NCBI GenBank assembly: GCA_964016885.1
Contig: OZ024749.1
Coordinates: 56,420,001-56,484,000, forward strand
Length of the DNA stretch: 64,000 nucleotides
Direction: 5' to 3'
DNA from: Eledone cirrhosa
Taxonomy: Eukaryota
Below are positions 1 through 15,084 of this stretch, piece by piece; position 1 is the first letter of the stretch; each line of letters begins with the position of its first letter. The notes under the pieces are model-generated. The model saw only the letters and a program-made list of their open reading frames with translations, had not been told where the DNA came from and searched no databases. The position numbers were made by a program, and so were the translations under genes.

Positions 1-856
1 ACCACACCACATACCATACCACATACCATACCACACCATACCATACCACACCACACCACATACCATACCACATACCATACCATACCACACCACACACCAC
101 ATACCACACCACATACCATACCACACCATACCACACCACATACCATACCACATACCATACCACATACCATACCACACAACACCACATACCACACCACACC
201 ACACACCATACCACATCATATCACACCACACCACATACCATACCACATACCATACCACATACCATACCACACCATACCACATACCATACCACATCATATC
301 ACACCACACCACATACCATACCACATACCATACCATACCACACCATACCACACCACATACCATACCACATCATATCACACCACACCACATACCACACCAC
401 ATACCATACCATATTCCATACCATACCACACCACATACCACATACCACACACCATACCACACCATACCATACCACACCACACCACACACCACACCACATA
501 CCATACCACACCATACCATACCACACCATACCACACCACACCACATACCATACCACATACCATAGCACACCACATACCACATCATACCACACCACACCAC
601 ATACCATACCACATCATATCACACCACACCACATACCATACCACATACCACACCATACCACACGACACCACATAACACACCATACCATACCATACCACAC
701 CACATACCACACCACATACCACACCATACCATACCATACCATACCATACCATACCATACCATACCACACCACACCACATACCACACCATACCATACCACA
801 TACCACACCATACCACACCACATACCACACCACATACCATACTGTACCGTACCACA
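1..856. repeat. Pentamer-based (CCATA/CCACA)n simple repeat
   Basis: Directly visible; runs off the window start. Confidence 0.95.
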
Positions 857-1194
857 CAGAAGAATATAAGTAACATCCCTTTGTTGCTTTTCCTTCTCTC
901 TCTCTCACTCTGTTTCACTACCACTCTCTCTCTCTCACTCTGTCTCACTACCACTCTCTCTCTCTCACTCTGTCTCGCTACCTCTCTCTCTCTCTCACTC
1001 TGTCTCACTACCTCTCTCTCTGTCTCACTACCACTCTCTCTCTCTCACTCTGTCTCACTACCTCTCTCTCTCTCACAGTTTCTTCTCTCTCTCTATCCAT
1101 CGTTGTCGACATCGTCTCTATGGAACATCACACACGCAAGAATATAAGTTGTTTTTTCCTTCTCTCTATCTTTGTCTATCTATCAGTCTGTCTT

Positions 1195-1500
1195 ATGAAA
1201 GGTGGGTGAAAGTGGCGAGAATGGCCCGAGTGAAAGGGCCTTCTCTCTATATCAGCCGGTAGGTTGAGGAAAAGGAGGAGGAGAGGAAAGGAGTACAAAC
1301 TCTTTGTACTCCTGGAGATGAGGGTTGCACATTTTTTCGGGGGTATGTGTTACCCATATGAACTGTCTCCCCCTATTGGGGAAAATCGACTAATTTTTTT
1401 AATTCCATTTGTGATAACATTTTACACGTTTTTATTGTATGTAAACTTCCCCCTTTGTATTTGTCCCCTTCTTTTGTGCCCCTGTGGCTAATAAAGAAAC
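1195..1500 (+). mobile_element. LINE-like 3' end (family also at ~36780-36820 + and ~42155-42350 -)
   Basis: Shared cccttgtggctaataaagaaa end followed by a microsatellite in three places. cccctattgggga is shared with the 42.3-kb copy. Clade uncertain (L1/Tx1-like?). Confidence 0.5.
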
Positions 1501-1701
1501 ATATCTATCAGTCTGTCTGTCTGTCTATCTATCTGTCTATCTACCTATCTATTTATCTTCTCTCTCCCTCACTTTCTTCTCTCTCTCTCTCTCTCTCTCT
1601 CTCAGAATGTATGACTGCCTCTCTCTCTCTATGTCTGCCTGATTCTCTTTTATCAATAGGACTTTCTTATAGTTATTTATTTTCATAACAACAACAATGT
1701 A

Positions 1702-1735
<34 letters not shown>

Positions 1736-2239
1736 GCTGTTGTTTTACAGATGAGGAAGTAAAATGTTGTCAGACGTATTTCTATTATCATTTTCCCCAT
1801 CTTTATTATCATCGCTAGTCAATATTGTTAGTGTCATCAATCTCATCATCATCATCATCATCATCATCATGTTCATTATTGTCATCATCATAACCATCAT
1901 CACCATCATTGTCATCATCATCATAACCATCATCGCCATCATATAATCATCATCATCATTGCCATCATCATCATCATATAATCATCATCATCATCTGCAA
2001 CAGCAGCATTATCATGTTCTTCATCTTCATCACCACCATTGCCATCATCATCATCATCATCATCAACATTGTCATCACCATCATTATCTTCATCATTAAT
2101 CTCATATCCATCATTGCCATCAACCATTATCAACATCATCACCATCATCAATATCAACATCATCATCATCAATGTCAAGTGTAATCGTCGTCATCATCAT
2201 CATCATCATGACCATCGACATACCTACACTCTATACTTC

Positions 2240-2315
2240 TCTGGAAGAAATCTGCTGTATTCAGACCTGGAGAGGAAACGGATTCCACCCGGTTTAAAAA
2301 TGCCCTAGAAAGGCC
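2240..2315 (+). repeat. Unclassified interspersed repeat (partner at ~58235-58305)
   Basis: ggaagaaatc.gctgt.ttcag...tccac..ggtt..aaaaatgcc is shared by both. Confidence 0.5.
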
Positions 2316-3071
2316 ATATGTCAATGTGGCACCCCTACGACTCACTCATAAATTATAGGTTAAAAATACAAAGAAGTTTGGTTGCTACTGTAAACCTTTG
2401 AAGGATGATATGAGATTTTCCTAATTGTTCCAAGTGTTTGGCTATCTTTATGGCATCTCAATAAAAACCAATGCTAAAAAGACTGAGAAGTTCCTCCTTA
2501 AATTGTCATTGTCTAATATATACAAGCCAACTAGATCACATACATCTGTGCAGTCATATGATCCCATACTATTAATATCAAATAGGCTTATGGATTCAGA
2601 TCATTTTAACCAGGCTAAGTCTTTACTGGGGAATAAGTAAGGTTTTATGAAAGATTATTTCTAAGTCTACTTCAACTACATTAACATATTGTCTAGTGAA
2701 TTCAATTGTTTTGTCTAGTAGAGATCTAGATATCGAAAGGTAAAAGTCGATATCAAACAGGGGGAATCAGTCCCTAGTCTTAATATTAAAGCTTAATCAT
2801 AAATAAATACATGTGTATGTATACACACACATACATATATATATATATATGTGTGTGTATATATATATATATATACATACATATATATATATGTGTATAT
2901 ATATATACATATATACATATATATATGTATATATATACATACATATATATATGTATATATATACATACATATATATATATGTATATATATATACATATAT
3001 ATATATATGTATATATATACATGCATATATACCTATATACATATACATACACACATACACACACACACTCA

Positions 3072-3122
<51 letters not shown>

Positions 3123-4216
3123 TCATACATGCACATACATATAGAAACATAAATTCTACTTGTGATATTATTTATATTATTATCCTCCCCCCCCATCTAC
3201 CAATTCCACAACTCCTAACAGACATGAAATCTCTTAAAAGATAAGTCTTTCATTTCGTCTCAGTTTGCCAGGATTGCATTCATTTTATTTATTCAGAAGA
3301 TTTTTACCGTTTTTTTTATTAAAAAAAGCTTTAATTATTTTTTCTCTTTTGTCTTTGTTTTTAATTCCGTGTTTTACTTTTTTGCTTTGTTTTATTTATT
3401 TCTTCACAAATTCCTTCTCTTCTATTTTCTTTCTTTTTATTTCATTTTTTTTAATGAATATTTTTCTTGTTGTTTATGTTTCTCCCTCTTTACATATGTA
3501 TTTTTTTTTGGGGGGGGGGGGGGGGTTCTATCTTCTTTTCTTCATTCATTCCTTCCTTCCTTCATTGAAAATATGCTGAGTTAATTTTCTGCTTATCAAG
3601 TACCTTATCAGGTGCAACGAAGGACGACGTTGACGCCAGCCAGCACTGCCAAAGACGTGATTAATAGAAATACACACAGCGCAAGAAGCTTTTACACACA
3701 CGCACACATTTCACATGTGCATTACTTTCAAATTGCTTTTATGCAGTGCATCGTTGCATCTACACTCACTTATAACATCACAGATGCTATCACAGTCAAC
3801 ATATAAACATAGACGCACACACAACAACCATTCGAGGGGAGGGGGTGAGGGGAGGGGGTTAATGGTGACAATTGGGTGTCAAGAAGAAAAAAAAGTGTGA
3901 GAAAAAGAGCAAATGAGTTTGAAATATTTTCAAGAATTTTGTTATTGTTGTTGCAGTTGTTGCTGCTGTTATTTTTTTCTTACAGTCTTTTACACATTTT
4001 TACTAAAAACAAATCCTCCACACCACCACCCAATCTAGATTGAACTGGTTTCTGGTTGAAAGAGCGACAAGGTCAAGAAGTACAGCAGTCATCCTGGGTG
4101 GTGACAGTTGTCAGGTCAAATATTTAAAGTCGGTGGTGGAACCTTAACCAAGCTGTTCTGGAACATGGATTAAGCAATGATAAAACAGTAATAGATATGT
4201 GTTACATAAGATGATA

Positions 4217-4502
4217 GGGTCGTGATAGACCACTGAGAGAGGGTTGTGATAGACCACCGAGAGAGGGTCGTGATAGACCACTGAGAGAGGGTCGTGATAG
4301 ACCACTGAGAGAGGGTCGTGATAGACCACCGAGAGAGGGTTGTGATAGACCACTGAGAGAGGGTCATGATAGACCACCAAGAGAGGGTTGTGATAGACCA
4401 CCGAGAGAGGGTTGTGATAGACCACTGAGAGAGGGTCGTGATAGACCACCGAGAGAGGGTCGTGATAGACCACTGAGAGAGGGTCGTGATAGACCACTGA
4501 GA
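4217..4502. repeat. 24-bp minisatellite, about 12 copies
   Basis: Unit gggtcgtgatagaccactgagaga. Confidence 0.95.
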
Positions 4503-4879
4503 CAGCAATAGAGAAGTGTGTTGCATAAGATGACAGGGATGCTGTGATAAACCCCCAAGGCAGCAGTAGAGGTGTGTTATATAAATGACAGGGTTGCTGG
4601 GATAGTACTGTGATATATAAGAGACAAAGATGTGATGTAGAACTGACAAATAATCAATCAATAGGTCACATTGCTTGTATGGATTCTCAAGACTCTCTGT
4701 CACCATACAATTCTATTGTTGATCAAATTCAGCAGGTGAGAGGGATTGCAGTTTATATCATCACAAATCTGTTTGATATAGGTCTTCCTTGTCAAACAGT
4801 GATGCAGCAATTACAGCATTATGACAAAGATGTGGTACAGGGAACAATAGAGAAGAGGCAGGGATGTGACGTATCAGTG

Positions 4880-5098
4880 ATGTGGCTGTGTTACAATAGT
4901 GACAGAGCTGTGTTACAGCAGTGACAGAGTTCTGAATGACAGAGTTCTGAAGGACAAATAACAGAGTTGTGTTACCACAGTGACAGAGCTGTGTTACAAT
5001 AGTGACAGAGCTGTGTTTCAGCAGTGACAGAGTTCTGAAGGACAAATGGCAGAGCTATGTTACAGCCGTGACAGAGCTGTGTTACAGCAGTGACAGAG
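4880..5098. repeat. Degenerate ~22-bp minisatellite
   Basis: Unit approximately agtgacagagctgtgttacagc. Confidence 0.8.
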
Positions 5099-5099
5099 A

Positions 5100-5300
5100 T
5101 CTCCAAGACTTCTTGGCCTACCCTTTGTTATTTTCCCACCATTTGGCCACCATGACATTGCAGTTCTTGCTGGCATATTATCCTCTATTCGTAGGACATG
5201 ACCTGCCAGCTACATTCTTCTGCTCTTGATGACAAGACTCAGGTGTGTGGCATTGGCTCTTCAAAGCATACCTTCATTTGTGCTCTTGGTCTTGCTGATT
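5100..5300 (-). mobile_element. Degenerate RTE-like LINE ORF fragment
   Basis: TNEGML*RANATHLSLVIKSRRM*LAGHVLRIEDNMPARTAMSWWPNGGKITKGRPR, with in-frame stops. Confidence 0.7.
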
Positions 5301-5878
5301 AGTTAATAATGATGACAGACAATCTATTGATATAAAATCTACCAAAAACCATATATGGCTGTAATCCACAATAATCCATTGATCTGATAATGACAGACAA
5401 ATTATTGATATTAAATCTATTAACAAAAAACCATATATGGCTGAAATGAAGCTAAAACCATTCATGTGATTCAGTAGAAATTTACTGAAGAAGAAAAAAA
5501 TCAACAACAAAAAATTAAGAGATAAAATAAAAACTAAAAGAGATAGCAATGACCCATAATCAACCGGCAGTGGATTCCATTAGCAGTTATGATATTGGCT
5601 CATTTGTTAATTAATGTCATCACTTGATAATTTCACTTTTGACAATCTTCTGCATTCCTTCTATATCCATAATTGTAACATGAAACAACTAAACAAAAAC
5701 ATAACAAACAACAAAAAACAGTGTACACACACACATACACATATATATATATATATAAACATACACACATATATACACACACACATATATATACATAAAC
5801 ACTCACACATCATCACCATCATATAGATATAAATACATACACATATATATATATATAAAAACACATATATATATATAA

Positions 5879-5945
<67 letters not shown>

Positions 5946-6407
5946 TATATATATATATATATATATAAACACGTATATATGTATATATATAAACACATAC
6001 ACACACGTCTGTCGTTTTCTTTCATCTGATTGGAAGTATGCAAAAAGTGTTCTTATTTGAATATTTTGTGTTGGGTTGGGTTGGTTGGTTGCCTGGAGGG
6101 TTGGAGGGTGGGTAGGTTAGTTGTGTGGGTGGGAAGTGAGAGGGTGGGTAGATGAAGACTAGATCAACCTAGTTTTACCACAGCACCAGTAACTTTACTT
6201 TAATAAATAGTCATATTTTTAATTCCAACTCTAATAAGTCAACCAGTCTTTCATCTATTTCCAGCCACTGTAATTAGTCATTAAATTCACCATCCTCTCC
6301 AATTAAAACAAAACAAAAAAAAATAGAGAGACAGAGAGAGAAAGAAAGTGAGAGAGAGAGGGGGAGGGAGAGAGAAAAGAATGCTATCATAAATAAATTA
6401 ATTTGAA

Positions 6408-6443
<36 letters not shown>

Positions 6444-6711
6444 AAAATAGAAAATGCACAAGAAAAGAGCAAAAAAAAAAATTAATTTAAAAAAAAAAAA
6501 ATAGAAATAAAATATGATAAAATATATACAACTGATTTTTAGTTGATATTTGGCAATTTTATAATCCGAACTAATTACAAAAGAAAGAGTTAGTGTAATA
6601 TGAAATAAGGTCAGAAAAGTTAATTGTGTAGTAGTATGGAAGAATTTATGATATATTTCTTTCTGAAGGATAATTAACTCTGCTAAAACTGAATAATTTG
6701 CAGGCAAGGTT

Positions 6712-7595
6712 TTAAAGCCAATGGTCGCAGATGAGTTACAACTGTATATAGTGTTGTTGTTTGTTTTTTAGAGATGGATGAGCTGGAGCTTGAACTAGTA
6801 TTGGAATGGAATGGAATGGTGAAGATGGGATTTAGATATACCACCATCCCCAATACAACCATGACCACACCATCACAGCCATCAAAAAATGATTGCTAGG
6901 GATGAGCCTGCAATGGAATGGCTGGTGAATGTGGGATTTAGAACACCACTATGACCACTACAACCACTGCCACAACCACCACCTTCACCACCACCACAAC
7001 CACGACAACCACCACTACAACCACCATCACAACCACAACCATCACAACCACCACCACGGCAACCACTGCCACCACAACCACCACTACAACCACCATCACA
7101 ACCATCACAAGCATGACTACCACCACCAAAGCAATAATGCTGTGCTTATAAGCGAATGGTTGCAAATGCGTTACAACTATATTTATATTTTTTTGAGATG
7201 GATGAGCTTGATCTGGCAATGGAATGGAATGGTGAAGCTGGGATTAAGACACCTCCAATCACCCCGACTACAACCACTACAACCACTACCACCACCACAA
7301 CCATCAAATAAATAATGACTGGGTTTGAGCTGGCAATGGAATGCTTGGTAAAGATGGGAGTTAGAACACCACCACACCCACCACCACAACCATCCCCAAC
7401 ATCACAGCCACAACCCCCCACCACAACCACCACAACTACCCCCAACATCACTACCACAACCCCCACCACAACCACCACCACCACCACCACTAAAGAAATA
7501 ATGCTGTGATTATAAGCCAATGGTCACAGATGACTTACAACTATATATATATTGTTTTTGGAGATGTATGAGCTGGCAATGGAATGGAATGGTGA
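6712..7595. repeat. Complex tandem repeat (~370-430-bp units, about 2.3 copies)
   Basis: aagccaatggtc.cagatga.ttacaact...gagatggatgagct...ggaatggaatggtga recurs at ~6712, ~7147 and ~7511, with (CAC)n filler. Confidence 0.8.
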
Positions 7596-8140
7596 CAAAG
7601 TGGGTAACAAGTTGTTGAAGAAGTAATTGAAGAGAAAACTATAGAAAGATAGATGAGAGGATGGGGGGAGAGAGATGAGGCTGGAAAGGAGGGAGAGAGA
7701 GAGAGAGAGAGAGATGAGAGAGAGAGGAGAGTGATGTGAGAGAGAGGAAACTAGAAAGAAGAGAGAGAGAGAGAGAGATGATGGAGAGAAGAGAAGAGGA
7801 GAGAGAGAAGAGGGACTGAAAAGAAAGTTAAAGAGAAATAAAAATAACTGACTGAAGTAGAACTATTCAAATATTTTCAGTAAGATATAAAGATTACGTC
7901 AGCCTAACACTTCTAAGTAAAGTTAATTTCTTAAAAATATCAAACAGAGTATACATATATATATATATATGTGTGTGTGTGTGTATATATATATATATAC
8001 ATCGCTAGAAAGATAGATAGATGTACAGAGATATAGAGACATATATATATATACACACACACATATACGCAGATATACAAGGATATATATATTCACACAC
8101 ATACAGATATATATACACATACACACACATATATATATAC

Positions 8141-8352
<212 letters not shown>

Positions 8353-9270
8353 GAGGGGGAGATAAATGATAGCTGTTTGCTACCAGGGAAGTAGCCTTCT
8401 TCATCAGAAAATTGGGATTCATTAATTAGTACGTATGAATAAATTTTTGGAAAAATAATGGGCCTTTGCGGTTTTTAATTATAGAGCAAATATCAAATTT
8501 ATCAGTTGTTTGGTTGCAGGGTCTATGGAATCGCAGAGTGAGGAATTAGTTTTAATTAAGCTAACTACATTACAATGATGGAGGGGGAGCCTGGGAGAGC
8601 AGGGATGGAGAGGGGTGGCGATGTACAGCAAAGATGTTCTTGGTTCTTATTTAGAAAATAGGGAGATTTTTACATTATATCCCAACAGGGAACTGCTTTA
8701 CCAGCTAGTTGCACTGTATGGTGCACAGTTCAATACTTAATGCAATTAGACTATAATAATAAAGAAACAAATATGAAAAGTATATTTTTAAAACTGCATA
8801 GATACTGCATCGGTGCACTTTAGGGCATTTTTGCAAAAAAGAAATTTTTAAATATCTCCATTATCCTAGAGGTAAGAATAATTTTTACAATAAAAGTTCT
8901 AGCAGAATTAATGTTTATAGATTTTAATACAAGACATATTTTTTTACAACTTCATTTCACTTCAAGGAAAATCTTTTATCATACACAAAACGAATTTGTC
9001 CTTTTGTTTTGTTTTTTATATTAATATTCAAAATTCATTTTCTAAGGGTTTATTTAATCTAACAAAGCTATTAGTGAAAATTTAATTAGTACTATTCAAA
9101 ACTTTCCAACTTTGCTATACATTATATTTTTATACCCCTGATATTTTTGTCTTACTTATACAATAGCATGAATTAAACATAGTCTTTATGGATTGAAAAT
9201 CCAACAATCAAAATAATCCAACATGAAATTTGAAATTTGAAATATGTTGGGTTTTGTTTTAAAAACTCAC

Positions 9271-9406
9271 CAAGCTTGAGAAAAGTTCGGCTATGACCAA
9301 ACAAACGAACAGTTGTTAAATAAAGGTCTCGGTTTCTATCCACAATTGCCAAACGTCTTTCATTGGCGTGACCACATTGATCCAAAGCAATTTCCATCAC
9401 ATCCAA
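9271..9406 (-). CDS. IFT80: IFT80 internal coding exon E (136 nt)
   Basis: Acceptor ttcttgcatttcag|TTG and donor G|gtgagt. Translates LDVMEIALDQCGHANERRLAIVDRNRDLYLTTVRLFGHSRTFLKL(G), matching IFT80 EILEIALDQKG...KIAFIDKNRDL...IIKLG. Phase 0 start fits exon D. Confidence 0.95.
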
Positions 9407-9509
9407 CTGAAATGCAAGAAAAGAATTTTTTTTTTTTTTTGAAAATAATAATAAGAAAACACTAGGAATTTTCCTTCAAAGAAATGATGTGTAAATAATA
9501 TATATTTAT

Positions 9510-9992
9510 GCAAAGTGGTCGTGGAGGTGCCACGGCAAAAAAGCACCCAGCCCACACTGTAAAGTGGTCGTGGAGGTACCACGGCAAAAAAGCACCCAGC
9601 CCACACTGTAAAGTGGTCGTGGAGGTGCCATGGAAAAAAAATACCCAGTACTCACTGTAAATGAGGTTGGTGTTAGAAAGGGCATCCAGCTGTAGAAATC
9701 AAGCCAGAATCAGTTCCTGTATGAGCAAGACAAGGTCAACCGACTGGACACTGCCCACAACAGGACAACCCGTCTAACCCATGCTAGCGTGGAGGAACGG
9801 ACGTAAAACGGTGATGATGATGATGTGTGTGTGTGTGTGTGTGTGGTTGGTGTTAGGAAGGTCAACCAGTCATAGAAACCAACCCAGAAACAGTTCTGTA
9901 TGAGCAAGACCATGTCATCTGATCTGACTTGTCTCACAATGGGATAACTCGTCTAACCCATGGAAGCGTGGAAAATGGATGTTATAAATGAT
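9510..9992 (+). mobile_element. Two RTE-tail elements (SINE or truncated LINE 3' ends); the first has an internal 49-bp triplication
   Basis: gtggttggtgttaggaagg...aacccatgctagcgtgga...ggacgtaaaacggtgatgatg. The unit aaagtggtcgtggaggtgccacggcaaaaaagcacccagcccacactgt occurs three times. Confidence 0.75.
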
Positions 9993-11160
9993 TACACTGT
10001 AGAGCTCTCTCTACTGTTCACAACATCACGACTGGGTTGTGTGTTGTGCTTTTGAGCAAAACATTTCATTTCACATTGCTCCAGTATAGTCAGCTAAAAA
10101 TGAGTTCCAACTACAATAGCAAGAGGATTAACACTGAAATGGTCTGGCTTCCTATCCAGACCAGGAAGCAGTCATGAACTCTCAGTTGCTTCATGCCACA
10201 GAAACTGGACTAAGCACCAGCCTGATGAGCCTCTGAGCTTGAGACTCAGTTTAGACTTTAGATGTGGTGCAAGACATTAAGAGTTAAGACACCACATCTA
10301 AAGAATTAATTCACAGCGCACATAAACCATAAATTCAGATTTAAAAACAACAAGAAAAATCTATCTAACTTATGTAAATGCTGACAAACATTCTCTAATC
10401 TGCACGAAACATTAAAATTAGTTTAAGAAAGTTTTCACCTATAAAACTTGACACCAAAAATATTTGCTAAAATAAAATCTTCTTTAATAAACACAAGTAA
10501 AATGTAAACATATTAAAAACAAATAAAATTTGAAAACAAAAATACAAAAAACAACAGAAAACAAATATGCTTAAGATCCATTTTCCCAGATGAAATATAG
10601 GTCATTTATAAATAAACATATTAGAAGAGAATTTCATTTTATTTTATTCTAATTTATTTAAAAATATTTATTGTAATTATTATTATTTATTGTGTCTCAT
10701 TTTTTTTTCTTTTTTTTTTCTACGTTTTACAGCAATAAAAGAATTTAATTCAACTGAAAGATCTGACAGAAAACAGTTTCCTTGGAAATCAAGCGATCAA
10801 AACTCAGAGAAAATATCTTATAAATATCTTATAAATATCTTACAAAAATTCATGTAAATCTTTAAAGCAGCAAGCAATGAGATGAACTTTTGAAACGATT
10901 AATGGCTAACGATGAGGGAAAAATGGAACACATTGAATGACAAATATGACATCCAATGTTCCAGACATATTAAATTTGATATATGAAAATAACAAAATGT
11001 TATGGCAGGATGTTATTGGTTGGTAAACAACAATACAGAAATTACTCTCAGTATGTATTTATCATAACTTCCTTCATAGGCAACAGAATATATTTATACA
11101 CATCCACACATAAATATATATTGAGAAAGAGAGAGAGAGAGACCTATATGTATGTGTGTG

Positions 11161-11220
<60 letters not shown>

Positions 11221-11401
11221 GTAGGTGAAGACATGAATGTGTGGTTAGGTGTTCATTTCACAGCCACGAGGTTCTGGATTGACACACACATCTATTTATC
11301 ACATATATATATACTACATACACACACATGTATATATATACACACACATGTATATATATTATAAATACACATATTCACACATACATATCTATCATATATA
11401 C

Positions 11402-11436
<35 letters not shown>

Positions 11437-11487
11437 TAAATATATACATATAGATGTATATATATATACACACACATATATATGTAA

Positions 11488-11546
<59 letters not shown>

Positions 11547-11703
11547 AAGGAAACTTTTCTCCATAATAGTCTAACAAGAGATTATCAAATATTTTTTCTT
11601 CACAACAACAACAATTATTATTATTATTATTATTGCTAGTATTGTTTTCTAGTTAAGAGGATTAGGAAAGCAAAATCAATATAAACTGGACATTTTGTTT
11701 TAT

Positions 11704-11753
<50 letters not shown>

Positions 11754-11823
11754 TAGGAGGTTTACTCCGAAAGAAGAAGTAAACTACAAAAGATGTAACT
11801 TAATTAAAAAACAAAACAATACT

Positions 11824-11857
<34 letters not shown>

Positions 11858-11889
11858 TATATATGTATATATATATATGTATATATATA

Positions 11890-11960
<71 letters not shown>

Positions 11961-12639
11961 CAGAAACTCTAGAAGGGGATTTAGAAAAGCACAAAGAAAG
12001 AAGAAGAAATAAACTGAAAAAAAAACAGGAAAAAAATATAAAAGAACCAAAAAAAAACAAAAGAAAAGCAATGAAAAATGTTTCAAACCAAGTGAAAATA
12101 CAATATAACATAATATAATATAACATAATATAATATAATATAATATAATATAATATAATATAATATAATATAATATAATATATAATACATAGGTTTAATA
12201 AAACTCTAAATCCCCCTTTGTTCTCAGGCTTTCATCACAAACTATCCTTATAGTTCTTTCTAAGAACAATTATTTTAAAGGAAAATGTTGCTGCTGTTGC
12301 TGTTGCTGTTGTTGTTGTTTTGGGAGGTTTTATTTGTTTGCATTTTTTCAATGTTTCAATGTGTGAAAATATCCAGTTTTAATTGAATTTGATGCTTATA
12401 TCGCCATCGACACTTCAACAGGTAAACTTAATATTTAGTCTTACACATGTACAGTACACCGTACATCAGTATATCGCTATATCAATAGTGAAACAGTGTT
12501 TACATTATAAATGGGTTAAGAATGACCAGAGGTCTCTTCAATCATCAGGTTTGATATAAATATAATAATAATAATAATAATAATAATGATTTCTTTATTT
12601 CTTTATTTTTTATTTATTTATTTTAATAATAATAAAAAA

Positions 12640-13045
12640 TAAACAAAGAAGAAAAAGAAGAAGAAAAAGAAGAAGAAGAAGAAGAAGAAGAAGAAGAAGA
12701 AGAAGAAGAAGAAGAAGAAGAAGAAGAAGAAGAAGAAAAAAAAGAAGATGAGGAGAAGAGGAAGAAGAAGAGAAGAAGAAGAAGAAGAAGAAGAAGAAGA
12801 AGAAGAAGAAGAGGAGAAGAAGAAGAAGAAGAAGAAGAAGAAGAAGAAGAAGAAGAAGAAGAAGAAGAAGAGGAGAAGAAGAAGAAGAAGAAGAAGAAGA
12901 AGAAGAAGAAGAAAAATAAGAAGAAGAAGAAGAAGATGAAGAAAAAGAAAAAGAAAAAGAAAAACAAAAGAAGAAGAAGAAGAAGAAGAAGAAGAAGAAG
13001 AAGAAGAAGAAGAAGAAAAATAAGAAGAAGGAGGAGGAGGAGGAG
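12640..13045. repeat. ~400-bp (GAA)n purine tract
   Basis: Directly visible. Confidence 0.95.
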
Positions 13046-13992
13046 ATAATTATGCAAACAATTCCACTGTTCATACATACACAACCAACATTTGTTATTC
13101 AGAAAGTTTAGTAAAATATAAAATGAACATAACTTCACCAACCTCAATGGTGGGGGGTGGGAGTAGGGGGGTGGGGGGATTAGAGGCACCCCCTACAACT
13201 CCATCAGGAGTTGCTACATAAATTATAGATAACCATATATGGCACAGGTTTAGAGAGGCTGATTTCAGAGGTGGGGTGGGAGGAGGGCATAGTTGGGTAA
13301 TGGTGGATAGAATGGAACATGTTGCCATGTACCGAAATACTTGGAAGCTGTTTGGACACCGCTGGAGACTGAAAGACAATCCACAGCGAGAAGGTGCCAA
13401 GACGATTGTGATCTTCTAAACAACACCTGAGAAGCAGAGTGCAACAGTGTAAGAGGTACACTTCTCACTCTCTCTCTATATATATATATATACATACATA
13501 GATATATATACATACATACATACATACATACATACATACATACATACATACATACATAGATATACATACATACATACATAGATATATATATATACATACA
13601 TACATAGATATATATACATACATAGATATATATACATACATACATAGATATATATATACATACATAGATATATATATATATACATACATACATAGATATA
13701 CATACATACATAGATATATATACATACATACATAGATATATATATACATACATAGATATATATATATATATACATACATAGATATACATACATACATAGA
13801 TATATATATATATATACATACATACATAGATATACATACATACATACATAGATATACATACATACATAGATATATACATACATACATAGATATATATACA
13901 TACATACATAGATAGATATATATATACATACATACATACATAGATATACATACATACATAGATATATATATATATACATACATACATAGATA

Positions 13993-14024
<32 letters not shown>

Positions 14025-14461
14025 CATACATACATACATAGATATACATACATACATAGATATATATACATACATACATACATAGATATATATACATACA
14101 TACATACATAGATATACATACATACATAGATATATATATATACATACATACATAGATATATATATATACATACATACATAGATATATATATTATGTATAT
14201 TCAGACTACGCTTCAGCATGAGATATTTTTCTCTACAAAGTTCGATCACCAGCAGCAGAGTTTAAAGAGTATAATATATGTATATACATATATTATATTA
14301 TATATATGTGTATACATATATATATGTGTATACATATATATATGTAAAAATATACAGAAATAACAAAACAACAGCATAGTACAATGAAGAAATATATTAG
14401 TTCAATGCAGTGTGTATATATTTATGTATTTACATAGATATATGTGTATATATTTATATAT

Positions 14462-14835
14462 ATTCCTTGGTCTTCCTCAACTGCAGCTTCTTTCCACTGG
14501 AAACTACCAGCTTGTCTTCACCCAGCAATCCCCATCCATATGTATCACATGTCCATACCAGCGCTGTCTTCTCTCCTCCACCTTGCATTTAATTCCTCTT
14601 ATACCCAGCTGTGTATCAGCCCATATATATATATATATATACACACACACTCTTATATACATATATATATATATTCATGGACTGATGGGCGGAGGTGGTG
14701 AGAGCTGACCTCAGATTGCTGAACCTCGCAGAGGAGATGACGAAGGACCGTGACGAATGGAGAGATGCTGTGCTGAATAGGACCCATCCCAACCTTGCAA
14801 GCAGGAATAAGTGGACATAAGATGTTGATGATGAT
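14462..14835. mobile_element. RTE LINE 3' fragment with inverted 5' part
   Basis: Minus 14462-14620 reads LGIRGIKCKVEERRQRWYGHVIHMDGDCWVK...GRPRN (with stops). Plus 14685-14835 reads WAEVVRADLRLLNLAEEMTKDRDEWRDAVL...* followed by a gatgatgat tail. Confidence 0.8.
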
Positions 14836-15084
14836 ATATGTATTTATATATTTAAATATAAATATATAAAAAGATTGATAAATAGATAGCTATATTATAT
14901 ATACATACATACGCACGCATATAACCATCATCATCATAATTTTAAGCCGACTGTTTATATATATATATATACATATATATACATATATATATATACATAT
15001 ATACATACATATATATACATATATATATACATATATATATACATATATATATATACATACATATATATATACATATATATATGG

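Noticed and set aside
4217-4502. CRISPR-like appearance of regular 24-bp repeats (also 16368, 18525 and 54904)
   Set aside because: The units are head-to-tail with no unique spacers, there are no cas genes, and the context is a eukaryotic intron.
10221-10260. CTGATGA in the SINE family 2 tail as a hammerhead
   Set aside because: No correctly placed GAAA or stem III; it is part of the SINE 3' region.
13290-13465. Possible L2/Rex-like RT remnant (EHVAMY..KYLG-like)
   Set aside because: It needs frameshifts and the similarity is too weak to call without a search.
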